Shown: positions 20,213 to 30,767, numbered from the stretch's first letter. The stretch is DNA of 64,000 nucleotides from Candidatus Caenarcanales bacterium (GCA_020050435.1 JAGVKQ010000010.1:55355-119354); one strand, 5' to 3'. Numbers and translations: made by a program. The notes: generated by a model from the letters alone, not told the origin.

Positions 20213-21079
20213 ATGAAAAAGGATTTATACTCCAAAAAAACAAATAATCGAGGCAGATCTAGGCAAGTAGAGAATAGTGATAAAAGAGATTTTGATATTG
20301 CGGAAGAGGTCTCTACCAAAATTATTCCTGTAAAAGATGACATTTCTGAAATCAGATTAAATAAACGAATTGCAATGTCTGGTCTTGCTTCCAGGAGAAA
20401 TGCAGATGAATTAATTAAATCTGGGAAGGCAAAAGTCAATGGAAAGATTATAAATGATCTTGGTTTCAAGGTTTCTTTAAAAGATAAAATTGAGGTTGAT
20501 GGGAAAGCTTTAGATATAAAAACTTTCAAATATCTACTTTTTTTTAAGCCTAAAGGCTATATAACCACGGCTAAAGACGAGCATGATAGAAAAACAATAT
20601 ATACTCTTCTTCCAAATGAATATCATAATTTAAAACCTGTTGGTAGGTTGGATAGAGATAGTGAAGGACTTTTATTACTTACCAATAATGGTGATTTTAT
20701 AAATAAAATTTCTCATCCAAAATATAAAATCCCCAAAACTTACCTTGTTAGCATTGATAATTTCAAGAAAGAAAACTTGAAAGAAATTAAAGAAAAGCTC
20801 TTAGAGGGCGTAATTTTAGATGGAGAATGTCATAAAGCTGATAAGATTGACCAAATTCATAAGGATAATTCGTATAAAGGGAAACAATGGAATTTCGAAA
20901 TCGTCATACATGAAGGTATCAATAGGCAGATTAGAAGGATGTTTCAGAATATTGGTTACAGTGTCACTGCCTTAAAAAGAATAAAGATAGGATCATTAAA
21001 TTCATATAAGCTTGAGAAATTTAGAAAGCTTTATGAGGAAATAGACGAAAAAGAAGCATATGACATTTTTGAATGCTAA
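20213..21079 (+). CDS. Pseudouridine synthase, RsuA/RluB family
   Basis: S4 domain (RLNKRIAMSGLASRRNADELIKSGKAKVNG) and catalytic motif VGRLDRDSEGLLLLTN. Confidence 0.8.
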   Translation: MKKDLYSKKTNNRGRSRQVENSDKRDFDIAEEVSTKIIPVKDDISEIRLNKRIAMSGLASRRNADELIKSGKAKVNGKIINDLGFKVSLKDKIEVDGKALDIKTFKYLLFFKPKGYITTAKDEHDRKTIYTLLPNEYHNLKPVGRLDRDSEGLLLLTNNGDFINKISHPKYKIPKTYLVSIDNFKKENLKEIKEKLLEGVILDGECHKADKIDQIHKDNSYKGKQWNFEIVIHEGINRQIRRMFQNIGYSVTALKRIKIGSLNSYKLEKFRKLYEEIDEKEAYDIFEC

Positions 21080-22307
21080 ATATAAAATCAATGATCAAAA
21101 CTTGGTTGAAGACAGTTCCCTCCTACTAGAAGTTGGGTTTATATTAAAAAATGAAAGAGAGAAAAGAGCATTAACATTAAAAGATATAAAAGAGCGTACT
21201 TGTATTCCTGTTCATCATATATTGGCTATTGAAAATGGACTAAGGGAAACACTACCAGAGGATCTTTTTTTAATTGGATTTCTTAAAAGTTATGCAAAAG
21301 CTTTAGGATTAAATGACAGTAGTATAACGAATATGTATTCTAGAAAAACTAAATTTGTAAAATCACATAATGAAAATGATGATTTTGATTTATTATTTGA
21401 TGATAAAGGGAGAAATGACTTTAATTTGAATTTACCAGAAAGAAAAGAAAAAGAGTCCTTTGAAAAAGAAAAAAGTTTTTTTAGCATTTTTCATTTTTAT
21501 TTTTTTATAGGCGTTTTAGTTTTTATTTCAGTGTTTTATCTTGTTTTTAATATCATTGTAAATGGACCATATGATTCTAAAAATAAGACTTTTAAGCAAG
21601 TTATAGTTGACAATGAAGAAAATTTTGAAGATGAGGAAGATCTTAATAGTGCTGTAAGTGAATATGATGAAGATATTCCTGAATCGCCTGAAACTGCCAA
21701 CCAAATCAGCCAAGATGTTCTTAAAGCTGGTGAGGCTGTAGTCAGTAATGATGCTGAGGTTGAAAATGAGGTAGAGTCAGATCTTGATCTTCCAGAGCTA
21801 GTTGTAACTCCCCCCAAAAACACTATTAAGCAAAATCAAAAAATTGTTTCAAAGCCAATTAAAACTGAAAAACCTATTGTTATTCAAAAACCAGTCATCG
21901 CTCACAAGCCAGTTGTTGCTCAAAAGATAGTAATAGCACAAAAACCGAAGCCGCAAATCATTGCTATGAGTAGTGTGAGTTCTGTTAAGCCAACATCAAG
22001 TAAACCAGCTAAAACTTTCTGTGCAGTAAAAAAACAACCAGCACCGGTTAAAGTAGCTACTAAACCAGTCGTAAAACCAGCGATTGTATCAAAACCAATT
22101 GCTGTGAAACCAACAGCAAAACCAGTAGTAAAAATAGAAAAGAAACCGGTCGTAGAAACTCAAAAAGTTATTGCTAAAGCACCGGAAGTTAAAAAAATAC
22201 AAGCTGCTGCTTCTACACCAGTTCAACACAAAGCTGCTAAACCAGCAGAAATTAAACCTATTGTAGATGATGAGATAATGCTAAGACCATTGAGAGTGAT
22301 TGAGTAG
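21060..22307 (+). CDS. RodZ-like HTH membrane protein with Lys/Pro/Val-rich repetitive C-terminus
   Basis: N-terminal XRE-type HTH plus GFLKSYAKALGL motif, one TM helix, an acidic linker, then degenerate KPVxAxKP repeats. Confidence 0.55.
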   Translation: MTFLNAKYKINDQNLVEDSSLLLEVGFILKNEREKRALTLKDIKERTCIPVHHILAIENGLRETLPEDLFLIGFLKSYAKALGLNDSSITNMYSRKTKFVKSHNENDDFDLLFDDKGRNDFNLNLPERKEKESFEKEKSFFSIFHFYFFIGVLVFISVFYLVFNIIVNGPYDSKNKTFKQVIVDNEENFEDEEDLNSAVSEYDEDIPESPETANQISQDVLKAGEAVVSNDAEVENEVESDLDLPELVVTPPKNTIKQNQKIVSKPIKTEKPIVIQKPVIAHKPVVAQKIVIAQKPKPQIIAMSSVSSVKPTSSKPAKTFCAVKKQPAPVKVATKPVVKPAIVSKPIAVKPTAKPVVKIEKKPVVETQKVIAKAPEVKKIQAAASTPVQHKAAKPAEIKPIVDDEIMLRPLRVIE

Positions 22308-22311
22308 GTTA

Positions 22312-23325
22312 TCAAGCCTTACTAGCAATATAATTTGCAATTTCAAATAAGTTCTCTTTTAACTCTTTATCAGTTACGAAATCTAAACTTTCTTTAGCTT
22401 TATTTAAATAATCATTAGCTAGCTCTTTTGCTCTGTCACAGCCGCCTAATTCAAATATAAGTCTTATTGCTTTTTCAAAATCTTCTTCACTTTTATTATT
22501 AAATCTACTTTCTATTAGTGATTTAATTTGTTTTGCTCTTTCATCTTTACTCTCAAGAGCAAAAATCACAGGAGCAGTCACAATTCCTTGTTTTAAATCT
22601 GAACCTACTTTTTTGCCGGCTTCTTTTGTGCTTTTTGTGAAATCTAAGGTGTCGTCAATAATTTGAAAAGCAATGCCAAGATATTTTCCATAGTTTTCAG
22701 ATTTTGTGATAATTTCAGGAGATTGATTGTTTAAAATAGCTGCGGATTTACAAGCTGCTGAAAAAAGACTTGCAGTCTTACTATATGACTTTTGAATATA
22801 GTAGTCCCATGAAATCTCTGTATTAAATCTCATAGCATATTGGTCTATTTCACCAGCACAAAGATCACTTAAAACCTGTGCATAAATTTTTACTATTTCA
22901 GTGTTTTCAAGTTGTCCTAATCTAATAGATGCTTCTGCAAATAAAAAATCTCCTGTTATTACTGAGATTTTGTCGTTCCAAAGGTTGTTTATTGTTTCTT
23001 TTCCTCTTCTAAGACTTGCTTCATCGATTATGTCATCGTGAACCAGACTGGCTGTATGGATAAGTTCAGTAAGCTCAGCAAGAATAATATGTTTTTCATT
23101 TAAATCTCCTGTGGCTTTGGCAAATAATAAGCTTAAAGCTGGTCTAACTCTTTTACCACCACTTTCAAAAATATATCTAATAATTTCTGATAGTAGCTTA
23201 CTTTGCTTTGAAAGTTTATTTATAAGGTTGTTTTGTACTAATAGCAACTCAGTATTAATAGGGCTAAAGAAGCTTGGCCACTTGTTTGAATCTTCTTTTG
23301 ATAGCTTTTCTATAACTTGTTTCAT
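22312..23325 (-). CDS. Long-chain polyprenyl diphosphate synthase
   Basis: First and second Asp-rich motifs (LVHDDIIDEASLRRG and QIIDDTLDF). Length 337 aa. Confidence 0.85.
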   Translation of the reverse strand: MKQVIEKLSKEDSNKWPSFFSPINTELLLVQNNLINKLSKQSKLLSEIIRYIFESGGKRVRPALSLLFAKATGDLNEKHIILAELTELIHTASLVHDDIIDEASLRRGKETINNLWNDKISVITGDFLFAEASIRLGQLENTEIVKIYAQVLSDLCAGEIDQYAMRFNTEISWDYYIQKSYSKTASLFSAACKSAAILNNQSPEIITKSENYGKYLGIAFQIIDDTLDFTKSTKEAGKKVGSDLKQGIVTAPVIFALESKDERAKQIKSLIESRFNNKSEEDFEKAIRLIFELGGCDRAKELANDYLNKAKESLDFVTDKELKENLFEIANYIASKA

Positions 23326-23333
23326 TTGAATAC

Positions 23334-24485
23334 TTAAATATTTGCTTTTGATTTTACTTGATTTTCAAATAAAGTTTTATATTTTAAATCTGTATTAGTA
23401 AACTCTTCAATGAAATACTGTATTGTTTCTTCAATTCGACCTACTTTTTTATACTTTTTAATAAAATTTGTAGACTCATTCCCATTTTCTAATGTGTCTA
23501 AGATTGGGGTTAAGTATTCAATAATTCCTAGTTCATTAGCTAAAGGGCTTAATGATGAATACAGAGACTCAATTACTTCAGAACACTTTTGTTCTGTACT
23601 ATTTCTCCAATTCCAAATTTTTGCATCTAAGCCATCTTTTGCAACAATCTTTTCTTGTTCATTTAAAAGGTTTTCTAATGAATCTAATTCATTTTTTGAT
23701 TTAGACAATATTTTTGGCCAATTACCACTTCTTATATAACTTTGAATTAAGCATTCTATTAATGCCACTATTGAAATAACTTTTTTTATATCGGAGGTAA
23801 AATCACAAATCCTGATTTCTATTCTGTTTAATTCATTTGGTCTATGTGGTCCATTAGGTCTAATGCTGCTCCACAAGTGCCTTTCATTAAACATTGTTTT
23901 TGTTTTAACTTGATTATTAAACCATTCTATATATTCATTGTGGCTAGTAAAAAAGGGAATGAAAGTTGGTGTTTTGGGGAATGAATGCCATCTAAACGAT
24001 TTATATCCAGTAACTTTCCCATCGTGAAAACAGGAAGACGCACTAAGTGCTAAAAATAATGGGGTGTCAAGTCTTATTGCTGATAAAAGCTTAAAAAAGT
24101 TTTCATTATTATCAACTCCAATGTTTATATGAATACTGGTAGTAACAATATCTGTTTTATATGTAGTAAGAATAAACCTATGATAGTCATCGTCTGGTTT
24201 TGAAGGATAAACTACTTTTTCAAATGCAAGTGGCATTGTACTTCCAGGTATAAGCGTCAGGTCTTTACTACTAAGATAATTTCTTATTTTTATTCTTGGA
24301 ATAATTAATTCTTGAAATAAAGATTCATAGCTTGTTGTTGGACTGGTTATATATTCAAAATTTCTTTGATCGGGTTCTTGGGAAAGATCTGGGAAAACAC
24401 TCAATAATTCGCCGGATAAAGGAAGAACATTTCCGTCCTTCTTCCCAGCAAACATTTCAATTTCTAAGCCTTTTTTTAACAACAT
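23334..24485 (-). CDS. gshA: Glutamate-cysteine ligase family 2 / cyanobacterial-type GshA (carboxylate-amine ligase)
   Basis: The length and the N-terminus MLLKKGLEIEMFAG... plus ...RIEIRICD... resemble the GCS2/cyanobacterial gshA family. The call is from memory of that family, not a search. Confidence 0.5.
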   Translation of the reverse strand: MLLKKGLEIEMFAGKKDGNVLPLSGELLSVFPDLSQEPDQRNFEYITSPTTSYESLFQELIIPRIKIRNYLSSKDLTLIPGSTMPLAFEKVVYPSKPDDDYHRFILTTYKTDIVTTSIHINIGVDNNENFFKLLSAIRLDTPLFLALSASSCFHDGKVTGYKSFRWHSFPKTPTFIPFFTSHNEYIEWFNNQVKTKTMFNERHLWSSIRPNGPHRPNELNRIEIRICDFTSDIKKVISIVALIECLIQSYIRSGNWPKILSKSKNELDSLENLLNEQEKIVAKDGLDAKIWNWRNSTEQKCSEVIESLYSSLSPLANELGIIEYLTPILDTLENGNESTNFIKKYKKVGRIEETIQYFIEEFTNTDLKYKTLFENQVKSKANI

Positions 24486-24577
24486 AATTATAGATTTCTT
24501 GACTTTTATAAATTACATAAACTGTTATTCCTGTCTCTAAATTCACGCAGTGTTACAGTCCTCAGTTCTTACCTTAT

Positions 24578-25306
24578 ATGTTACTATTTGATAAGAAAAA
24601 ATTGTCTATATTCTGGAGGAAAACTACAAAAAACATGAAAATAACAAAAAACTACTCTAAAATCTCATATTTCATAGCTTGTTTTATTTTTTCAATTGCT
24701 CTTAGTGGTTGTAAAGAAAAGGAAAGCCTAAAAACAGCATTTTATGGATTGCCAGAATCTAGTTTCGTCCAGGAGGCAAAGACTTCAATTCAAAATAAAA
24801 AGCCTATAGCTATTGCTTTTACTGCTGAGTGGTGTCCTCATTGTAAGCAATATAAACCAATTTTTAATGAGGTTAAGGAAATTTATAAAGATCAAGTGAC
24901 ATTTATTAGCATTGATGTTGATGATGAAAAAGGTGGAGATATATCGGATAGATTTCAAGTTAAGGGAATTCCTACGTCAGCTTTTGTTAGGGGCGATGGA
25001 TCAGTTTTTAAAGTAGAAGTTGGAGAATTAGATAAAGAAAAATTAAAAGTAGTAATTACTGAACTAATAGCAAGTAAAAAAAGAGGAAAAGATGAACCTA
25101 TGGCTCCATTTCCTCTTGAAAAGAAAGCTGATGTAAAGGCAGGTTTGAAACCTGCCTCTCCACCAGCAGCAGAGAAGCCAGTAGAAAAAGATGTTCAACC
25201 ACAAGAAATAATTAAAGAGGATACTGCCCCAGATGAAGTTGAGGTTCCTGAATTAGATATTCATGAATTAGATATTCCTGAAGAAGAAGCAGACTTACAA
25301 AGATAG
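24578..25306 (+). CDS. Thioredoxin-fold lipoprotein with acidic/Pro-rich tail
   Basis: Lipobox LSGC, thioredoxin active site WCPHC. The real start is probably the internal MKITKNY... at 24638. Confidence 0.7.
   Translation: MLLFDKKKLSIFWRKTTKNMKITKNYSKISYFIACFIFSIALSGCKEKESLKTAFYGLPESSFVQEAKTSIQNKKPIAIAFTAEWCPHCKQYKPIFNEVKEIYKDQVTFISIDVDDEKGGDISDRFQVKGIPTSAFVRGDGSVFKVEVGELDKEKLKVVITELIASKKRGKDEPMAPFPLEKKADVKAGLKPASPPAAEKPVEKDVQPQEIIKEDTAPDEVEVPELDIHELDIPEEEADLQR
25137..25157. repeat. Palindrome AGGCAGGTTTGAAACCTGCCT inside the thioredoxin-lipoprotein tail
   Basis: 10-bp arms around a single central nucleotide. Translated as KAGLKPASP. Confidence 0.8.
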
Positions 25307-25307
25307 A

Positions 25308-27800
25308 TTAAGCAACTTCTTCTGGTTTAAATCTTCCAGAACCATATTTTTCTAATTCTTCTTTAGTAGGTTCACGTTTATAACTGCACTCTTTGGGTTT
25401 TGTACACTGTATTTGAGTGATTTTTGTTGTTTCTTTGAGAGTTAAGTGTGATTTGCATTCAGGGCATTTTTCAGGTATTGGTTTAGTCCAGAAAACTGCA
25501 GTACATTTTGTTTTTGACCAGCTAGAGCAACCATAGAAAGTTTTGCCAAATCTAGATCTCTTCTCAACAATTTCTCCATCACAGCCTTCATTTGGGCATT
25601 TTATTCCTGTACTTTTCACTACTGAAACTGTATGTTTACATTCTTCACTAGTGCACTGTAAATATTGACCATATCTTCCATGTTTTAATAACATTGTACT
25701 TTCACACTTTGGACATTTTTGGTCAGATTCTTTTGCTGGTGGGAGTGGATCTCCTTCTTTATTTAAGTTTAAAACAGTTTTACATGTAGGATAGTCAGAA
25801 CAACCAAGGAAAGGTCCAAATCTTCCACCTTTAAGTAGCATGTGTTTACCACAGACTGGACAGTTGTGTTCAGATTTAATTTCAATATTTTGAAGATCAG
25901 CCTGTGCTTTTTTTAGATTTGCACTAAATGGTTCATAAAATACTGAGAGCATTTCATCCCACTTTTGTTTTGCTTCTTCAACGTCATCAAGGTTTGACTC
26001 CATCTTAGCGGTGAAATCATAATCCACATATTTTGGGAAATGATCTACAAGAAGTCCAATAACTGCATCGCCTAATTTAGTAGGTGCCAATGCTTTTTTA
26101 TCAATTTTAATAACATATTTTCTATCTAATATTGTGCTGATTGTTGCTGCATATGTACTAGGTCTACCTATTCCAAGCTCTTCTAACCTTTTAACCAAGC
26201 TCGCTTCATTAAACCTACTTGGTGGTTCAGTAAAATGTTGTTTTGGATCAAATTGATTTAGTTTAACTTTATCTTTTACTTTAAGCAGTGGAAGTTCAGA
26301 GATCTCTTCATCTAAAACTTCGCCAGTATTTTTTTCTTCTTCTTCCTCTTCTGCGATAGCTTCATCTGAACTTACATCAAATGCTTTAAGGAAGCCATAA
26401 AAAGTGATTTTTGTAGCACTGGTATGAAACATAGCTTTGCCAGCCTTAATTTCTACTGAATTTGTGAGTAGTTTACTGGATGCCATTTGACTTGCTAAAA
26501 GTCTTTCCCAAATTAATCTGTAAATTTTATACTGATCTGTACTTAAATATTGTTTTATTTGTGAGGGGACTCTAAGAATACTAGTTGGTCGAATAGCTTC
26601 GTGAGCGTCTTGTACATTTTTACTTTTTGATTTGAAAACCCTTGCTTCTTTTGGGTAGTATTCTTTTCCAAATGTATTTAGAACATACTCTTTACATTCA
26701 TCCTGGGCTTCTTTAGATATTCTTATACTGTCAGTTCTCATGTAGGAAATAAGACCCACTGGACCTTCTTCACCAATTTCAATACCTTCATAGAGCTCTT
26801 GTGCTATCTTCATTACTTTCTTTACAGGGTATCCAAATACATTTGCTGCTGCTCTTTGAAGAGTACTCGTTATAAATGGCGGGAATGGATTTTTTTGACT
26901 TTCTCTTTCCTCAACATTATTTACGATGAATGGCTCATCTTTTATTTCTTTAACAATGTCATCTACTGTTTCTTTATCTCTGAGAACCATGTTTAACTTG
27001 GTCTCTTTACCTTTTGCAGTAATAATTGTTTTTCCATTGTAGCTATGAAGATTTGCAAGGAATGAAATCTTATCTTTTTCTAATTCAGCATGAACTGACC
27101 AATACTCTTCTTTAATAAAAACATTTATTTCTTTTTCTCTTTCCGCAATAAGTCTTAAAGCAACACTTTGAACTCTGCCTGCAGATTTACCACCTATTTT
27201 TCTCCAAAGAATAGGACTTATTTTATAGCCGACTAATCTGTCTAGAATTCTTCTGGCTTGTTGGGCAGCTACTAAATCTTTATCTATTTCTCTAGGGTTG
27301 TTAATGGCATTTTTAATAGCATCTTTTGTAATTTCATTACATACAATTCTAAATGTCTTTCCAGGTTTTCCTAAAATCTCAGATAAATGCCATGCAATCG
27401 CCTCTCCTTCTCTATCAGGATCGGGTGCTAAGTATATTTTGTCTGATTTCTTTGCTAATTCTTTTAATTCTTTTACAACTTTTTGTTTGTCCTCAAGGAT
27501 TTCATATACAGGCTCAAAACCATTTTTTACATCAATCCCTAGTCCTTTTGCAGGCAAATCTCTAACATGTCCAATACTTGCTCTAACAACATAGTTCTTC
27601 CCAAGGAATTTGCTAATAGTTTTAATTTTTCCAGGAGACTCTACGATTACAAGTGACTTTTTTGAAGATGGAGAAGAATCTTCTTCTTCTATTTCCACTT
27701 TCTTAACTGTTTTTTTGAGACGTTCTACTGGGGCGTCTGTCTTTTTCTTCTTGACTACTTTTTCTTTAGTCTCTTTAGTCTTTTTTGTTTTTGGTTTCAT
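25308..27800 (-). CDS. topA: DNA topoisomerase I with Lys-rich N-terminal extension and multiple C-terminal zinc ribbons
   Basis: Toprim (VIVESPGKIKTISKFLG, DPDREGEAIAWH), catalytic-Tyr region (ISYMRTDS), and four CxxC...CxxC modules at the C-terminus. Confidence 0.9.
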   Translation of the reverse strand: MKPKTKKTKETKEKVVKKKKTDAPVERLKKTVKKVEIEEEDSSPSSKKSLVIVESPGKIKTISKFLGKNYVVRASIGHVRDLPAKGLGIDVKNGFEPVYEILEDKQKVVKELKELAKKSDKIYLAPDPDREGEAIAWHLSEILGKPGKTFRIVCNEITKDAIKNAINNPREIDKDLVAAQQARRILDRLVGYKISPILWRKIGGKSAGRVQSVALRLIAEREKEINVFIKEEYWSVHAELEKDKISFLANLHSYNGKTIITAKGKETKLNMVLRDKETVDDIVKEIKDEPFIVNNVEERESQKNPFPPFITSTLQRAAANVFGYPVKKVMKIAQELYEGIEIGEEGPVGLISYMRTDSIRISKEAQDECKEYVLNTFGKEYYPKEARVFKSKSKNVQDAHEAIRPTSILRVPSQIKQYLSTDQYKIYRLIWERLLASQMASSKLLTNSVEIKAGKAMFHTSATKITFYGFLKAFDVSSDEAIAEEEEEEKNTGEVLDEEISELPLLKVKDKVKLNQFDPKQHFTEPPSRFNEASLVKRLEELGIGRPSTYAATISTILDRKYVIKIDKKALAPTKLGDAVIGLLVDHFPKYVDYDFTAKMESNLDDVEEAKQKWDEMLSVFYEPFSANLKKAQADLQNIEIKSEHNCPVCGKHMLLKGGRFGPFLGCSDYPTCKTVLNLNKEGDPLPPAKESDQKCPKCESTMLLKHGRYGQYLQCTSEECKHTVSVVKSTGIKCPNEGCDGEIVEKRSRFGKTFYGCSSWSKTKCTAVFWTKPIPEKCPECKSHLTLKETTKITQIQCTKPKECSYKREPTKEELEKYGSGRFKPEEVA

Positions 27801-27936
27801 TTAAATTTGTTTATTCTTAATTTCTATACCTTCATATTAAACTAAAATAACACAAGTTAACAATTTAACATATAACCATGCTAATTATGAGTTTTGTTTA
27901 TTTCGCTAGAATGGACAGATTATCTACTTGCTTATA

Positions 27937-28881
27937 TTATTTCGTAATAATAAAAGAGTTTTTTACAGTTTCATCAGCATTTGTCCAAATAATTGCTTCA
28001 GATTTATCAAAAATCCCAAGAGGTTTAATCTCAGGTTTTAGTAAGATGTTGTATTTTTCTAGAGCAGCTTGCTGTAATTTACTAATTAGTTTACAGACAT
28101 CGTGTGAATTAGCATTTCCTAAATTGATAACAAAGTTTGCATGTTTACAAGAAACTTGTGCCGAGCCAATTGCCCAGTTTTTAGCACCAATTGAATCTAG
28201 AATCTTTCCAGCGGGGATATTTAATTCAATTGGATTTCTGAATGTACAACCTGCACTAGGATCTTTTATAGGTTGACTTTTTTGTCTTGCAAGATTATTT
28301 TCTTTCATTCTTGATCGTATAGCTTCTTCAGTATCTTTTGTAAGTCTGTATCTGGCACTTAAAACTATTTGTTCTGTTGAATTGATAGATGACATTCTAT
28401 ATCCAAAGTTAATATCTTTTGGAGTTAAAATGTCTAATCGCATGGTTTTTAAATTTAATATTGTTACTGTTTCTAATATTTGATGAGTACTCCAACCATG
28501 AGCACCTGCATTCATTACAACTGCACCACCAACTGTTCCTGGTATTCCTTCATAAAATTCCATACCTGAAAGCCCAAGCCTTGAAGCATATGCTGAAAGT
28601 CTCGGTAATCTGACCCCAGATCCTACAACTAATAAATCAGGACCAGGGTGCTCTATCCAATTTAAACCTGTTGTGCAAATAACCGTTCCTGGTATTTCAT
28701 CTGAAGAAACTAATACGTTTGAGCCCCCGCCTAATAATGACCAAGGTTCGTTTTTGCTTAAAACTCCATCCATCAAGTTAACTACTTCATCTGTGGAAGT
28801 CGGAAAACAAATCTTATCTGCAACTCCACCTACTCTCATCGTGGTGAATGGCGCTAATTCAGTTTTTTCTAATATTTTCAT
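27937..28881 (-). CDS. murB: UDP-N-acetylenolpyruvoylglucosamine reductase
   Basis: FAD-binding pattern (FTTMRVGG...LGGGSNVL) and the C-terminal MurB domain (SAGCTFRNP). Confidence 0.85.
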   Translation of the reverse strand: MKILEKTELAPFTTMRVGGVADKICFPTSTDEVVNLMDGVLSKNEPWSLLGGGSNVLVSSDEIPGTVICTTGLNWIEHPGPDLLVVGSGVRLPRLSAYASRLGLSGMEFYEGIPGTVGGAVVMNAGAHGWSTHQILETVTILNLKTMRLDILTPKDINFGYRMSSINSTEQIVLSARYRLTKDTEEAIRSRMKENNLARQKSQPIKDPSAGCTFRNPIELNIPAGKILDSIGAKNWAIGSAQVSCKHANFVINLGNANSHDVCKLISKLQQAALEKYNILLKPEIKPLGIFDKSEAIIWTNADETVKNSFIITK

Positions 28882-28984
28882 TTGGTAGCACTTTCATTAT
28901 AATTTAAATCTATATTATAGAAGTCATATCTTATATATTAATTGTTCCCTGATTGGCTTAGGGTCTAATGATCTAATGCCTCGA

Positions 28985-30367
28985 TTAAACAGCCCTTAAC
29001 AAAGCAGGTCCTAGATTGGTGATATTACCAGCACCCATTATAAGAACAGTGTCACCGGGTTTAATAAAGTCTTTAAGTTGACTATTTATCTGGTCTAAAT
29101 CTCCTGGAAGATACTTCACATTTGTATTGTTTATCTCTTCCACTAACTTTTTACTGTTTATTCCGTCGATCTGTGACCCTCTTGCTATATAGGTTTCAGT
29201 TATGAATGTAGGGGAATCAAGATCTTTAAATACATCTTTAAACTCATCCCAAAGATCCTTTAACCTGGTCGGTTGATGTGGCTGAAATACGATAACCAGT
29301 CTATTTGGATTTAACTCTTTAGCTGCTTTAATGGTTTCTCTTACTTCTGTAGGATGGTGAGCATAGTCATCCACAAACGTTATATTTTCTTTTATTCCTA
29401 AAACTTGAAATCTTCTTTTAACCCCTTGATATTTTTCTAGGGAAGCTTTTATCAAGTTGGCATCTAGCTTTAAAAGTATCCCTACCCCAAAGGCAGCAAG
29501 AGCGTTTAGTACATTATGCTCACCTGGTTTTTGTAACTTGAAAGAAGTTAACAATTTTCCATTATAAAAAACATCCCAAGATTTAGAATTGTTTAATCGT
29601 GCATTTAATTTAAAATTTTCTCCATTGATTCCATAAGTAATCAAATTCTCATCTTTTAAATCAAAGTTATTACTAATTAGATCTCTTGTTATTTTATCTT
29701 CAAAGCAGCAAACTCTCCCATTCTTAGCTTTTTTTGCAAACTCTAAAAAAGATTTTTTTATTTCTTCAATTCCACCAGGATAATTTTCAAGATGGTCTGC
29801 TTCAATGTTTGTAATTACTGCAATTTCTGGAGTCCCTTTTAGAAAACTCTTATCACTTTCGTCTGCTTCTATTACAAAATATTCTCCAGTGCCAGCCATA
29901 GCATTGGTGTTTGTTGATACTAAAAGTCCACCTAAAATTGCACTAGGGTTTAAATTACAACTCAATAGAATCTCGCTGACCATAGAACTAGTGGTGGTTT
30001 TTCCGTGAGTACCAGAAACTGAAATTAATTTCTTTTCATCTGTTAATTTTTCTAAAAGCTCTGATCGGTGAAGTATGTTTTTCTTTTTTTCTTTTGCCCA
30101 GGTTACTTCTTCATTGGTCCCAAGCACAGCAGTAGAGTAAACGACATAATCAGGATTAATCTTCTCAAGCTCCTCTTTTTTATGTGGAGTCCAAATATTT
30201 TTAATTCCTTCACTTCTTAAATCATTTAGAAAGTCAGAATCTTCTTTGTCTGAACCAGACACAGGAATATCACGAGCATTTAAAAGCCTGGCTAAGGCAC
30301 TCATACCTATACCACCGATGCCTATAAAATGAAATTTGGAATCTTGTAAATTCTTATTTAGACTCAA
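28985..30367 (-). CDS. murC: UDP-N-acetylmuramate-L-alanine ligase
   Basis: HFIGIGGIGMSALA, GTHGKTTT P-loop, and DDYAHHP motif. Confidence 0.9.
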   Translation of the reverse strand: MSLNKNLQDSKFHFIGIGGIGMSALARLLNARDIPVSGSDKEDSDFLNDLRSEGIKNIWTPHKKEELEKINPDYVVYSTAVLGTNEEVTWAKEKKKNILHRSELLEKLTDEKKLISVSGTHGKTTTSSMVSEILLSCNLNPSAILGGLLVSTNTNAMAGTGEYFVIEADESDKSFLKGTPEIAVITNIEADHLENYPGGIEEIKKSFLEFAKKAKNGRVCCFEDKITRDLISNNFDLKDENLITYGINGENFKLNARLNNSKSWDVFYNGKLLTSFKLQKPGEHNVLNALAAFGVGILLKLDANLIKASLEKYQGVKRRFQVLGIKENITFVDDYAHHPTEVRETIKAAKELNPNRLVIVFQPHQPTRLKDLWDEFKDVFKDLDSPTFITETYIARGSQIDGINSKKLVEEINNTNVKYLPGDLDQINSQLKDFIKPGDTVLIMGAGNITNLGPALLRAV

Positions 30368-30623
30368 GGGTTTTCAACCATTTAGAGATTGTACTTTTTT
30401 TCCTTGCAGCATTATTAATATGAATAACATCTTTAAACTGAGCTCTGTCTATTAAAGCAAATGTTTTTTGAGCAGCTTCTATCGCTAACTTTGAATCCTT
30501 TTTAGCTACAAGTTCAGATATAGATTTCATTGAAGTTCTAATTTGTGACTTATACACGATATTGTGTTTTCTGTTTCTTTCGTTTGTTTTTACTCTTTTA
30601 ATTGCAGATTTTGTACGTGGCAT
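30354..30623 (-). CDS. rpsT: 30S ribosomal protein S20
   Basis: MPRTKSAIKRVKTNERNR... is the canonical S20 N-terminus. Length 89 aa. Confidence 0.85.
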   Translation of the reverse strand: MPRTKSAIKRVKTNERNRKHNIVYKSQIRTSMKSISELVAKKDSKLAIEAAQKTFALIDRAQFKDVIHINNAARKKSTISKWLKTLESK

Positions 30624-30713
30624 GTATTTCCCTCTCGCTGAATGCTAATAGACTAGTTATTTTATCATTCCTCGCTATTTTTATTTTGTATAGTTATTCT
30701 GGTTTCAAGCTTT

Positions 30714-30759
30714 AAGTTACAAGTTTCAAGTACTCTTTTACCCTTGCAACTTGTAACTT
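30714..30759. repeat. Inverted repeat AAGTTACAAGTT ... AACTTGTAACTT (12-bp arms, 22-nt loop) downstream of the pilin gene
   Basis: Read directly. It shares CTTGTAACTTG and GTTTCAAG units with 4075-4156. Confidence 0.6.
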
Positions 30760-30767
30760 GCAAACTC

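Noticed and set aside
21800-22307. The Lys/Pro/Val-rich degenerate repeats at the RodZ-like C-terminus as a separate feature or mobile repeat.
   Set aside because: This is a low-complexity periplasmic linker typical of RodZ-like proteins. The DNA-level repeats are too degenerate to suggest recent duplication or an element.
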